A model generated the notes under the pieces. That model saw only the letters and a list, made by a program, of their open reading frames with translations. It was not told the DNA's origin and searched no databases. This document shows positions 18,862-29,249 of a DNA stretch of 64,000 nucleotides, one piece after another. The position numbers and the translations under genes were made by a program. The first letter of the stretch is position 1. Every line of letters begins with the position of its first letter. Source of the stretch: Candidatus Borrarchaeum weybense (GTDB lineage: Archaea; Asgardarchaeota; Sifarchaeia; Borrarchaeales; Borrarchaeaceae); the NCBI GenBank assembly GCA_019057385.1, contig JAHQJS010000007.1, positions 160,001-224,000 of the forward strand, written 5' to 3'.

Positions 18862-21294
18862 ATGGCAGATAATTTTGTGACGCTTAGAGGCGAAAAGTAT
18901 TATGTAAAAAAAGGCGAACTTGACCTTCGAGATAAAGAAATTGTTGATCTCACCAAGGTCAAGGGACTAAAGCACCTTACTAACCTCAAAAAACTAGATC
19001 TTAGTCAGAATCAGATTAAAGAGATCAAAGGGTTGGAACACCTTACGAATCTCCAAGAATTGTATCTTGGTAGTAATCAGATAAGAGAGATTAGTGGATT
19101 GAAGACACTCTCTCAATTAAAACTACTGTGGCTTAATTATAATAAAATAAAAGAGATCAAGGGATTGGAATTTCTTAAGCGTCTACGAATGCTATATCTT
19201 TGTTGTAATCAGATAAGAGAGATTAAAGGATTGGAGTATCTTAGAAATCTTCAAAGACTCTCACTTTGGGCAAATAAAATAGATGAGATCGAAGGACTGG
19301 AGTATCTTGTCAACTTAAAAGTACTGGATCTTAGTCGTAACCTGATAAAAGAGATCAAGGGATTGGAGCATCTCGAAAATATCCAGGAAATAGACCTTGA
19401 TGGTAATCCGATAAGAAACGATGAACTACCTTTACTGAAGAAGAGTGCGCAGGAAGTCGTAAGATACTGCCAAGATAAAAAATGTGACAAAATAAATTTG
19501 CCATTTGTGACAGTTAAAGGAAGAAAGTATTCTGTCATATACGGCAACTTAAACCTTAGTAAGATAGGGCTAGCTGATATTACGGAAATCAGGGGGTTGA
19601 AGGCTCTCACTGAACTAAAGGTACTAGATCTTAGCCGTAATGATATAAAAGGACTTAGAGGGTTAGAAGCACTCGCTCAACTAGAAATACTAGATCTCAG
19701 TAGTAATCAGTTAGAATTGATCACAGGATTGGAAGATCTAACTAATTTACAGAAATTAGTCCTTCGTAATAATCAGATAGAAGAGATTAAAGGACTGGAG
19801 CATCTCTCGCAACTCCAAGAACTATATCTTAATGGAAATCAAATAAAGGAAATAAAACGATTGGGTGACCTTACCTGCCTACAAATATTGGATCTTAGTA
19901 ATAATCAGATAGAAGAGATTAAAGGACTGGAGCATCTCTCTAACCTACAAGCATTATATATCGGAAAAAATCAAATAAAAGAGATCAAAGGATTGGAGTT
20001 ACTTTCTAACCTCGAAGTACTGGATATAAGTCGAAATCAGATAGAAGAAATCAGGGGGTTAGAAAATCTCTCCAACCTAGTAATAGTGGAACTTGGAGGC
20101 AATCCAATAGGCAATGCCGAACGTGTATACGCTTTTGGGATGTCCCCATGGGAGATTGTGGAGTATTGCCAAGTAAAAGCAGGTCAAGTTGAAGCAGAAG
20201 AAGCATTTGTGACAGTTAGGGGGGAAAAGCACTATGTCAAGCATGGTACACTAGACCTTCATGCCAAAGGAATTACTGATACCGCCGAAATCAGAGGATT
20301 AGAACAACTTACGAATCTCCAAAACTTGGGTCTTGGTGGTAATCAGATCAAAGAAATTAGAGGATTGGAAACCCTCAAAACCCTAAAAAGACTGGCATTA
20401 TGGTCCAATCAGATAGATGAAATCAAGGGTTTGGATTTCCTTACTGAGTTAGAAGTACTAGATCTCAGCCGTAATAAAATAAAAGAGATTAAGGGTTTGG
20501 AAACGCTCATTAACCTAAAGACGCTAGACCTCAGGAATAATCAGATAGGAGAGATCAAAGGACTGGAGCCTTTAACTAATTTGAAAGTATTATTTCTTTT
20601 TAATAATCGGATAGAAGAGGTTAAAGGATTGGAACATTTCATTAATCTAAAACATTTAAACCTTTTTCTCAATCCGATAAAATTTGGCGAGAGACCTATA
20701 TTAGATAAAAACGCTCAAGAAATTGTAAAATACTGTCAAGATAAAAAAGAGGAAAAATTAGAATTTGTAAAGGTCAAAGAGGAAAAATATTATGTCATAT
20801 ATAGTACACTAGACCTTCACGGCATAGGTCTCACTGGTATCGACGAGATCGAGGGTTTGGAGCAACTGGATCATATTAAAAATCTAAATCTTTGTTGTAA
20901 TCAAATAACAGAGATTAAGGGATTAGATCACCTCTTCAACCTAGAAACATTATATCTTGATCATAACCTGATTGAAGAGATTAAAGGCTTATATACACTC
21001 TCTAATCTTCGAAGTTTATCCCTTAGTGGCAACCAAATAAAAGAAATTGAGGGATTGGGGAAACTCACGAAGCTCACAACGTTATATCTCGATCGTAATC
21101 AGATAGAAGAACTCAAGGGATTGGAACACCTCGAAAATTTGCAAAAGTTGCATCTATTTGGTAACCCTATACTAGACCGCGATGTGATGGAGTTATTAAC
21201 GCATAAAGATGCAGAGTTTGACGCGCAGGAACTTGTAAGATATTGCCAAGAAAAAGAAAGCGTGGCTAAAATAATCGGAGCTGATTCTAATTGA
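18862..21294 (+). CDS. Multi-module SDS22-like leucine-rich-repeat protein
   Basis: 22-aa LxxLxLxxNxIxEIKGLE repeats in four capped blocks of 7, 8, 6 and 5 repeats. Confidence 0.95.
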   Translation: MADNFVTLRGEKYYVKKGELDLRDKEIVDLTKVKGLKHLTNLKKLDLSQNQIKEIKGLEHLTNLQELYLGSNQIREISGLKTLSQLKLLWLNYNKIKEIKGLEFLKRLRMLYLCCNQIREIKGLEYLRNLQRLSLWANKIDEIEGLEYLVNLKVLDLSRNLIKEIKGLEHLENIQEIDLDGNPIRNDELPLLKKSAQEVVRYCQDKKCDKINLPFVTVKGRKYSVIYGNLNLSKIGLADITEIRGLKALTELKVLDLSRNDIKGLRGLEALAQLEILDLSSNQLELITGLEDLTNLQKLVLRNNQIEEIKGLEHLSQLQELYLNGNQIKEIKRLGDLTCLQILDLSNNQIEEIKGLEHLSNLQALYIGKNQIKEIKGLELLSNLEVLDISRNQIEEIRGLENLSNLVIVELGGNPIGNAERVYAFGMSPWEIVEYCQVKAGQVEAEEAFVTVRGEKHYVKHGTLDLHAKGITDTAEIRGLEQLTNLQNLGLGGNQIKEIRGLETLKTLKRLALWSNQIDEIKGLDFLTELEVLDLSRNKIKEIKGLETLINLKTLDLRNNQIGEIKGLEPLTNLKVLFLFNNRIEEVKGLEHFINLKHLNLFLNPIKFGERPILDKNAQEIVKYCQDKKEEKLEFVKVKEEKYYVIYSTLDLHGIGLTGIDEIEGLEQLDHIKNLNLCCNQITEIKGLDHLFNLETLYLDHNLIEEIKGLYTLSNLRSLSLSGNQIKEIEGLGKLTKLTTLYLDRNQIEELKGLEHLENLQKLHLFGNPILDRDVMELLTHKDAEFDAQELVRYCQEKESVAKIIGADSN

Positions 21295-21542
21295 TTGTTC
21301 ACGTCTTCATATTGTCAATATAAACGCCTTATCACTCTTAGGTGGCTCTACGCATAAGTATACAAAGTAGAGTTTTAAACGGCGATCATTTTTTTTAAAT
21401 TGTCTAGAATAGTTTGAATAATAAAAGAGCGGTCTATTTCAGTCTTTAAAAAATTGTTTAAGTTATTCAACCAAAACCCTTAAATAATTAAATATAATTA
21501 GCCAACTCATTAAATATAATTATTATTTCTCAGTGATAAAGA

Positions 21543-22295
21543 ATGGAGCCTTTATATTTCTTCATATTTCTTACAACTATCTCATTTTTATGCGAATATG
21601 TAGATTCCTCTTTAGGCATGGGTTATGGGACAACGCTTACACCTCTCCTTCTATTTATGGATTTTGAGCCATTGCATATTGTTCCAGCTGTTCTCTTATC
21701 AGAATTTGCAACAGGTTTTACTGCAGGGTTTTTACACAACAAGTTAGGGAATTGTGACTTTAAAAAGAACTCAGAAGATTCACAAGTAACATTAGTTCTC
21801 GCTTCATGTAGTATTGCGGGTACGATAATCGCCGTCATGCTTGCATTGACTCTCTCTAAACTCTTTGTGAGTATGTATATTGGAATATTAGTGCTTTCAA
21901 TGGGTCTCTTGATTATTGCAAACATTTCTTGGATTTTTTCGTGGAAAAAAATTGTGGGGATTGGTGTTCTTGCAGCCTTTAACAAAGGAATAAGTGGCGG
22001 AGGATATGGGCCACTGGTTACAGGTGGACAAGTTATCTCTGGACGAAATTGTAAAAATTCGATAGGTAGCACTTCTGTCGCAGAAGGTCTAGTTTGCTTA
22101 GTTGGTATCCTTCTTTATGCATTTACTATTTCAATAAATTTTGTTCTCGCAATACCTCTATTGATAGGCGCCCTTTTCTCTACTCCTGTTGCCTCAATTA
22201 CAGTGAAAAAAATTAATGTAGAAAAATTAAAACGCGTTATTGGCATTGTAGTAGTAACTCTTGGTATTTTCACTTTATTAAAAGTTCTTCTCTAA
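21543..22295 (+). CDS. Sulfite exporter TauE/SafE (TSUP) family protein
   Basis: DSSLGMGYG..LTPLL and GISGGGYGP motifs; about 8 TM segments. Confidence 0.9.
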   Translation: MEPLYFFIFLTTISFLCEYVDSSLGMGYGTTLTPLLLFMDFEPLHIVPAVLLSEFATGFTAGFLHNKLGNCDFKKNSEDSQVTLVLASCSIAGTIIAVMLALTLSKLFVSMYIGILVLSMGLLIIANISWIFSWKKIVGIGVLAAFNKGISGGGYGPLVTGGQVISGRNCKNSIGSTSVAEGLVCLVGILLYAFTISINFVLAIPLLIGALFSTPVASITVKKINVEKLKRVIGIVVVTLGIFTLLKVLL

Positions 22296-22518
22296 ATTGG
22301 ATTTGAGATCTTAGTTTGCTAATTTAAGAACTAGAAAGTCGTAACATAAACCAGTAGTTCACTTCTAGGTACGTTATTTTTGAATTTCGAAAAGAAAGAA
22401 GATACTAAATTCCTGGGGTGGTTAACAGTTATTGATTTTATATACAAAATAGACAACTATAGACAGTTCTTTCACGGGCAAGGGTTTCCACAGTGGCACG
22501 TGAGAGGCGTGGTGTCTC

Positions 22519-24792
22519 TTGACACTCTTATATAGATCAATAATAACTTCGGAGGAATCAATAACATCGATTTCAAGAAACCCGGTATCCTTGAAGTATG
22601 AATCCAGAACTTCTAAGGATACATTAAACGAATGGGATACTCTAGGCGCTTTTCAATACGAATCATCTCCGGGCTGGAATGTATACCCCCTTAATAAAAG
22701 TCGCCATCTTTTGGGAACTGGACAAGATACTTTTACGATACGATACCGTGATACACAACCAGATGGAAATCCTCCTACTATTCTTATTGACGTTGTTGAA
22801 GTGAGGACATTTTCTGATCCCGCCTCTTATGACTTAGATCTGTATTACGTCTTCAAATGGGCTGAAACTGGGAATGAAAAGAATATAAGCATTTATGATG
22901 TGAGGTACGGAAATCAAGATATAGAATTGTGTATTAAAGATTTTGATGGTAATCAATGGGTGTCTATGCCGCCTAATGCTACTTCTATTGAGGCTGCTTA
23001 TACAAATCATACATATATTATTAATACTAACCTCGGAAGTTATATTAGCGGGACTAACGAAATTTGGATAAGATATAATGAGATAGATAGTTCAAGCTCA
23101 GCATCATTAAACGTAGACTACTTAGGAGTGAATATTCATTGTGTTACAGGAATAAACCAACAAGCAGATATTGTATACGATTTTGAGGATTTCCCGGGCG
23201 ATAGGATAGCAGTCACGCAAATCAGGGTTCATGATTCTTCATTCGTAAATGATTCATCCGCGAACATTGAAGTACAACTTTTTGATTATGCAAATTATCA
23301 GTGGGTTTCCTGTTTTAATATAAATGAAACCATCGAAACCTCTCATACAGCCACTTTTTCCTCATTTCCTAGTAATTTCATCAGCAGTAACCCTGGAAAT
23401 ATTCAAATTCGTTACGTATTCAATGGTAATATGCCTGTCATCGTGAATGTGGATTATTTACAAGTTGATATTACTTCCACAAGCCAGAATGGGGGAGGTG
23501 GAGGAGGAGGCATAGATGGTGGTGATGACAGTGGTGACAGTGGAAGTGGAGGGAATGGAGGAGGAACAAGCCAACAAACTCTTATCTCGTCTATCGTTTA
23601 TCCCGAAGAAATAGAAAAATACTGCGACGCTGAGGTTGACGTGATTCTAACCGACGAGGAAGGTTCTTTTGTAAGCAATGCAAATGTTACGCTTACCATT
23701 GAAAACATCACAGAACCTCTTTCTATGATTGAAAAAGATGATTATTACACGATTCTAATTGATACTGACAATCTTGACACTGGAAATTACAACTTTACAG
23801 TTTATGCAATAAGATCTGGATATAAAGATTTTATCTCATCCGCATTTCCATTTAGAATTATTGTTTCTTATCCGTTTTTAACTGCGATTCAGCACCCTTC
23901 ATATTTCTTACAATTGATGGAAAATCCAACCTCTTTGTTATTAGATCCGACATTCTATATTATACCTTCTCTAATTTTGTTTGGAATAACACTTCAAGTC
24001 ACGACTTTTGCGCAAATCAACCCGAAGAAACTTCATTCAATTTATATATTTACATCTGGAGGCCATGGCATTTATTACAGATCCTTCGGCAGAGAAGGAG
24101 TTGATAGTCCATTAATGAGTGCTGCGCTATCGGGAATTGTAAATCTTGTCATGGAAGCAACTCAAAGCGAAAAGCCAACTCACACAATAGATCAAAAAAC
24201 CTTTGATATATTTCTAGAATATGGACGCGTTCTTACGGTAGCTCTCTTTGTTGAAAAAGGAACTTTGAATAAAAGAAAAATACGAAATGCAGAAAAAAGA
24301 TTGGTAGAATAGATTGAAATGAAGTATGAGAACATTCTCATGAACTGGAATGGTGATTTAAGTTTCTTTTATGAGTTGGATCAACTTGTGTTTGATACCT
24401 TTGACTTTAGAGTGACAAAAGACTTGACGAAACTGATATTTGATGCCGCAAAGGTGCAAGAAAGTATTGTAGAATTATACGCGAGCCAGGAGAAGTATCA
24501 AATTTGTGGTGCTGCCTTATGGAAAGCCTACGACTTACACGCTAAAATCAACAGTCCGCGCAAGCGCTTTGTCTTAGAGAGTTGGCAGGCACTTGAGAAG
24601 GCATTTCTCGTAGATCATATTCCGCCTAAAACTGAGTTACAGCATCAGTTATTAAATCTATTTTTTGCCATACTGGATTTGGTAAAAACTCCTTGGCTGC
24701 TTAAAATTCTTTTTAAAATTCGGGGTTTGATATATCCTGAGGTTTCAAAGGAGCTATATTACTTCATCCCTCCAGAAAAGATATTGAAATAA
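22519..24792 (+). pseudogene. Probable pseudogene paralog of 25217-28504 (surface beta-sandwich domains, Gly linker, Ig-like domain, TM, longin domain)
   Basis: ORFs 22519-24312 and 24319-24792 are in the same frame, separated by one TAG (RLVE*IEMKY vs paralog QLIDNIERRY). No signal peptide; the 5' part looks decayed. Confidence 0.7.
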
Positions 24793-25216
24793 ACAGATAA
24801 AGGCATATAAGAAGGTTTTAGTTCAGTTATTTGGAAAGAAGTAAATTTAGGTATTCAATACAAATGCGTTTAAAGATTTCTTTTAGACATAAAAGTAGTA
24901 AAATCGCATTTTACAATTTTTTAATTTCATCTACAATATCTAGTTGTGTTGATTTGCGGAGAGTTTTACTATAACGCTAAAATATAGTATCTATTTATTG
25001 ACATATAGAAGAATTGCTTAAAAATGCGCGCACCCAATTAAAACCTATATCTTGAAAATGAAATAATTACACCAAAATTGATTTTAGGCAGTTTTTCGTG
25101 GTATTTACTGAATAACCTAAAAATTTAAAAAATATGTTGTGCACTCGGCATTACTTCATAATCCTTTCATTTAATCTTAAAAAGCAGAATCGGAGTCTAG
25201 TAAGAGGGACAATACG

Positions 25217-28200
25217 TTGAAGTCGTTCCGTAGGATATGTCTCACAGCAACTGTTCTAGTTGTTTTATTTTTACTGATAGGACTCCCTAATAATGCTGCT
25301 AATTATTCATCTGATACTACTCGTACACTTACAATGCAACCTAACGTTTCGCTAGATCAAACTGCTGACAGTTATGGTCAAGGAGAACTCTCTACTTTTC
25401 AAACATCGCCAGATCATCTAAAAGTGCAAAGTAGCCAATTAACCGTTGGGATACAATCTGGTACTACGAGTGTAACTCTCTTTGATTATGACGACGAATA
25501 TCAGCTGATTGACTCTCAATATATTAATACAGAGACAGCAACAGGCAAAACATTTACACAAGGTTCAGATGGCGGCGAAGATGAATCAGAGACAATCACG
25601 TATGATGGTAATTACGATTATAATTACCCTCTAGTATCCACTACTTTACAGGAAGTTCTTTACGAAACAAATGTAACTGGTACGACCACAGGGGTTACTG
25701 GCGCAACACTCGATGCTGCTGATGCTTCATTTGAAACGCTAAATGAAGACACTACTTATGGTTCAATACCAACAGAAATTGGTGAGCTTCATACAACTGA
25801 AGATCAAATAATATATTACACTTGGTTTGATGATGGAGATGTCCTTGGTGTAAAACCAGGTAAGAGAATGCACATAACTTCATGGGACACAACAACTATT
25901 TCTGGAACAATTACATCTGTCGAACTTTATGTGAAGTATAGTGTAGAATCAGGTTGTGGCAATTCTAATTATATTGAATATAATTCAACTACCTTCGATT
26001 GGAAAAGTACAGGTATGAAACCGGTGGATGGACAAGTCAATTTTGTAAATTCATCAACTTTAGTGGGTATCGATACTATTAATAAACTTCAGAACATAAA
26101 TGTTAGGTTCTTGAATAACGATTCAGGCAGCAAAGAATATATAAATTTTGAGAAAATTTGGATAGTCGTAACGGTTTCATCTCCAGTATACAGATTAAAT
26201 GTAATGCAAGAAATTACTGGAGTTTCCCCCACAGCAGGCACGAATAAAATATGTATTTATGGCAAAAGAGGTGGTACTGAAAATATTACTGTACAAGTCT
26301 ATAATACGGATGCACAATGGGAAACTATTACACAAATCAATTCTGCCTCAGCAGGTTGGTATAATACCACGATAAATTCTTCAACACAAATCATAGATGA
26401 CAGTTATATCTTCATACGCTATTTAGATACAGTGTCAGCTTCGGATTTTGCTCAAGATAGTGCTGAAATTGATGCTGCCTTATTTGAATCGACTGGAGCG
26501 GCGCTAGATCTTTATTATACTTTTTCATGGGCGGGTGATGAAGCTTTAGCGGATGTAGCAAATATTAGTGTGTATGATGTAAGTAAAGGCGACCAAGATA
26601 TGAGAGCGTATATCCGGGACTTTCAAAATGGTCTGTGGATTTTATTAAACGTTGATATAGATTCTACGGTTTCAAACCATAGCGACATTATAAGCACTAA
26701 TCCTGAGTATTATCTTGAGGATGGTACTGGTGCGATTTGGGTTCGCTATGTACAAACATCTAGCGGCAGTACAGCAACTTTGGATGTAGATTATCTAGAA
26801 GTAAATGTTCATAGTTCATCTACCACAGGTGCTGCTCCTCTTGGTGACTGGGAAATTGATATGGTCTATAATATTCAAGATTTTACAGGTGATAGGTCAT
26901 CAGTCACTCAAATTACTGTTGTTGATTACTCAAATGTAACTAACCTTGGAGATATTGTAGAAGCGAAGATATATGATTACACAAATACTCGATGGGTTAC
27001 CTGCTTTTTAATTGGGGAAGACAATGAAACACAACATAGTGAAACTTTTTCCTCATCAGCAAGTAATTATATCAGTAGTAATCCTGGAGATATTCAAATT
27101 CGTTATATACTCAGCAGCGGTAGTAGCCTCAGTTACAGTTTGAATTATTTAGAAGTGATAGTTGAAACCGGCGATGATGGAGGCGGTGGTGATGGCAGTA
27201 ACGGTGGCGGCGGTGGTGGAGGCGGAGACAGTGGTGGAACCACAATCATAAGGACACTAAGTGCACAAATCACCTATAATGAGGAAACAGAAAAATATGT
27301 CCCAGCTGAAATCGATGTGACTTTAGCCGATGACGAAGGAACATTTGTAAGCAACGCAAGTGTTACTCTCACATTCGGTAACGAAATAGAGTCTTATGAG
27401 TTGGAAGAAAAAGAGGGACAATACAGACTACTCCTTGAAACAGATACGCTCGACACAGGTAATTATACTTTTACAATTTCGGCTAAAAAAACAGGATTTA
27501 GAGACTTTCTCTCCTCAGCGTTTCCGTTTAATATCGTAGTGAAATATCCCTTTGCAACTGCTGTCCAATATCCTGATTATTGGCCAGAATATAGATCACA
27601 AGCAATAGAGAACCCCCTTTCTGTACTGATAGACCCCTCGCTCTATGTTCTTCCTGCCATCGCTTCAATTCTAATTACCCTTCAGGTCACAACGTTTGCA
27701 GCAATCGATCCACGAAAACTTCGTTCAATTTATATATTTACAAATGAGGGTCAAGGTCTCCATTACAGAACCTTTTTCGAAGAAAAAGGAGGCGTCGATA
27801 GCCAATTAATGAGTGCCGCGCTGTCTGGAATTGTAAGTCTCGTAATGGAAGCCACCCGTAGTGAGAAACCCCTGCGGACAATCGATATAGAAACCTTTGA
27901 AATTTTCTTGGAATATGGGCAATATGTTACTATAGCCACTTTTGTTGGCAAACGAATCTTTTACAAAAGGAAAATACGCAGAGAGCAAAAACAATTGATA
28001 GATAATATTGAAAGAAGGTATTCTCACGTTCTTTCGAACTGGGATGGTGACCTTAGTCACTTTTATGAGATGAATCAACTTGTTTTTGATGCCTTCGACT
28101 TTAAATTAACAAAAGACTTATCAAAGTTGGTCGAAGGAGCGGCAAGAGTTCAATTAGACCTAGTATCTTTATATTCGATGCAAGAGAAGTTTCACATGAG

Positions 28201-28504
28201 CGGAAGGGCCTTATGGAAAGCATATGACTTATATTCCAAAATTGAACACCCTCAAGCTGGATTTATCTTACAACAATGGAAAGCCCTTGAAAAGGCCTAC
28301 TTTACGGATCATTTTGGTTCGACCAGTGTGTTACGAACCAAACTCTTATCAAAATTCTTTGGGATTCTGGATTTCATAAGAACTGCAAGTATACTGAAAA
28401 TACTTTTCAGACTACGGAATATCCTGTATCCAGAGATTTCAAAGGAGCTGTACTACTTTATTCCTCCAGAACAACTGACGGAAAGAACAGATGAAGGTAT
28501 TTGA
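25217..28504 (+). CDS. Large single-pass membrane protein with extracellular beta-sandwich repeats, Gly linker, Ig-like stalk and cytoplasmic longin-like domain
   Basis: Signal peptide MKSFRRICLTATVLVVLFLLIG; four W...I.IRY...L..D/NYL.V repeats; TM near 27620-27700; longin-like SIYIFTNEGQGLHYRTF..DSQLMSAALSGIVSLVMEA...WDGDL. Confidence 0.8.
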   Translation: MKSFRRICLTATVLVVLFLLIGLPNNAANYSSDTTRTLTMQPNVSLDQTADSYGQGELSTFQTSPDHLKVQSSQLTVGIQSGTTSVTLFDYDDEYQLIDSQYINTETATGKTFTQGSDGGEDESETITYDGNYDYNYPLVSTTLQEVLYETNVTGTTTGVTGATLDAADASFETLNEDTTYGSIPTEIGELHTTEDQIIYYTWFDDGDVLGVKPGKRMHITSWDTTTISGTITSVELYVKYSVESGCGNSNYIEYNSTTFDWKSTGMKPVDGQVNFVNSSTLVGIDTINKLQNINVRFLNNDSGSKEYINFEKIWIVVTVSSPVYRLNVMQEITGVSPTAGTNKICIYGKRGGTENITVQVYNTDAQWETITQINSASAGWYNTTINSSTQIIDDSYIFIRYLDTVSASDFAQDSAEIDAALFESTGAALDLYYTFSWAGDEALADVANISVYDVSKGDQDMRAYIRDFQNGLWILLNVDIDSTVSNHSDIISTNPEYYLEDGTGAIWVRYVQTSSGSTATLDVDYLEVNVHSSSTTGAAPLGDWEIDMVYNIQDFTGDRSSVTQITVVDYSNVTNLGDIVEAKIYDYTNTRWVTCFLIGEDNETQHSETFSSSASNYISSNPGDIQIRYILSSGSSLSYSLNYLEVIVETGDDGGGGDGSNGGGGGGGGDSGGTTIIRTLSAQITYNEETEKYVPAEIDVTLADDEGTFVSNASVTLTFGNEIESYELEEKEGQYRLLLETDTLDTGNYTFTISAKKTGFRDFLSSAFPFNIVVKYPFATAVQYPDYWPEYRSQAIENPLSVLIDPSLYVLPAIASILITLQVTTFAAIDPRKLRSIYIFTNEGQGLHYRTFFEEKGGVDSQLMSAALSGIVSLVMEATRSEKPLRTIDIETFEIFLEYGQYVTIATFVGKRIFYKRKIRREQKQLIDNIERRYSHVLSNWDGDLSHFYEMNQLVFDAFDFKLTKDLSKLVEGAARVQLDLVSLYSMQEKFHMSGRALWKAYDLYSKIEHPQAGFILQQWKALEKAYFTDHFGSTSVLRTKLLSKFFGILDFIRTASILKILFRLRNILYPEISKELYYFIPPEQLTERTDEGI

Positions 28505-28555
28505 ATTATTGTCTATGAGTAAGAAATAATATAAAATAATTAAAAATCTCAGTAT

Positions 28556-29167
28556 ATGGAATGGAATTCAATGTCGGAATTCATCTTTAAAGTTGTTGCA
28601 ATCGGTGATGGTGGTGTTGGAAAGACAAGCATTGCCATGCGATACGCTTACGATAAGTTCGACCCGAAATATAAAGCAACTATTGGAGTTTCATATGCTG
28701 TGAAAAAACTTTTTCATGGAGATACGAAGATAACATTGAGCATCTTAGATACAGGCGGACAGGAAATGTTTGATTATATACGCCCCTTTTATTACAAAGG
28801 TTCCAGTGGAGCCCTCATTGTTTACGATATTACGAGAAAAAAGAGTTTTAATAATCTCGATCGATGGTTTGATAACCTGTATTCACAGTGCAGAGAGATA
28901 CCTGTCATCCTCGTTGGCAATAAAACCGATTTGATCGATGAACGTGTTATTTCTACAGAAGAGGGATCGAATTACGCCATGCAAAAAGGTGTCATCTTTT
29001 ATGAAACCTCAGCAAAAACTGGAGACAAAGTTGTCGATGTTATGAATGAACTCGCCAAAGTGATTCTTCAGAAGAAAGAGAAAGTTAAAGTATTAGCGGA
29101 AAAACCGAGAAAAACCCCTAGAGATAAAACTCGTATTCCCGGCTTTATGCGACGGTTGTTTAAATAA
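28556..29167 (+). CDS. Rab-like small GTPase
   Basis: FIFKVVAIGDGGVGKTS (G1), YKATIG (G2), DTGGQE (G3), GNKTD (G4), ETSAK (G5); YYKG and IVYDIT Rab-type motifs. Confidence 0.95.
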   Translation: MEWNSMSEFIFKVVAIGDGGVGKTSIAMRYAYDKFDPKYKATIGVSYAVKKLFHGDTKITLSILDTGGQEMFDYIRPFYYKGSSGALIVYDITRKKSFNNLDRWFDNLYSQCREIPVILVGNKTDLIDERVISTEEGSNYAMQKGVIFYETSAKTGDKVVDVMNELAKVILQKKEKVKVLAEKPRKTPRDKTRIPGFMRRLFK

Positions 29168-29249
29168 GCGAATTTTAATTAACGACTTCTTGTATAATAC
29201 TCGCGAGATTTCTTCTTTGATTTTCATCTATGAAATCCTCGATGCACTC

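Noticed and set aside
18862-21294. Diversity-generating retroelement acting on the LRR gene
   Set aside because: No reverse transcriptase and no template/variable repeat pair differing only at adenines was seen in the window.
22323-22426. Further IS605 end remnants (TTTAA...AAAGT...GTAGTTCAC and GGGGTGGTTAAC) at the lost 5' end of the pseudogene
   Set aside because: The tails match but no hairpin survives; too short to distinguish from chance.
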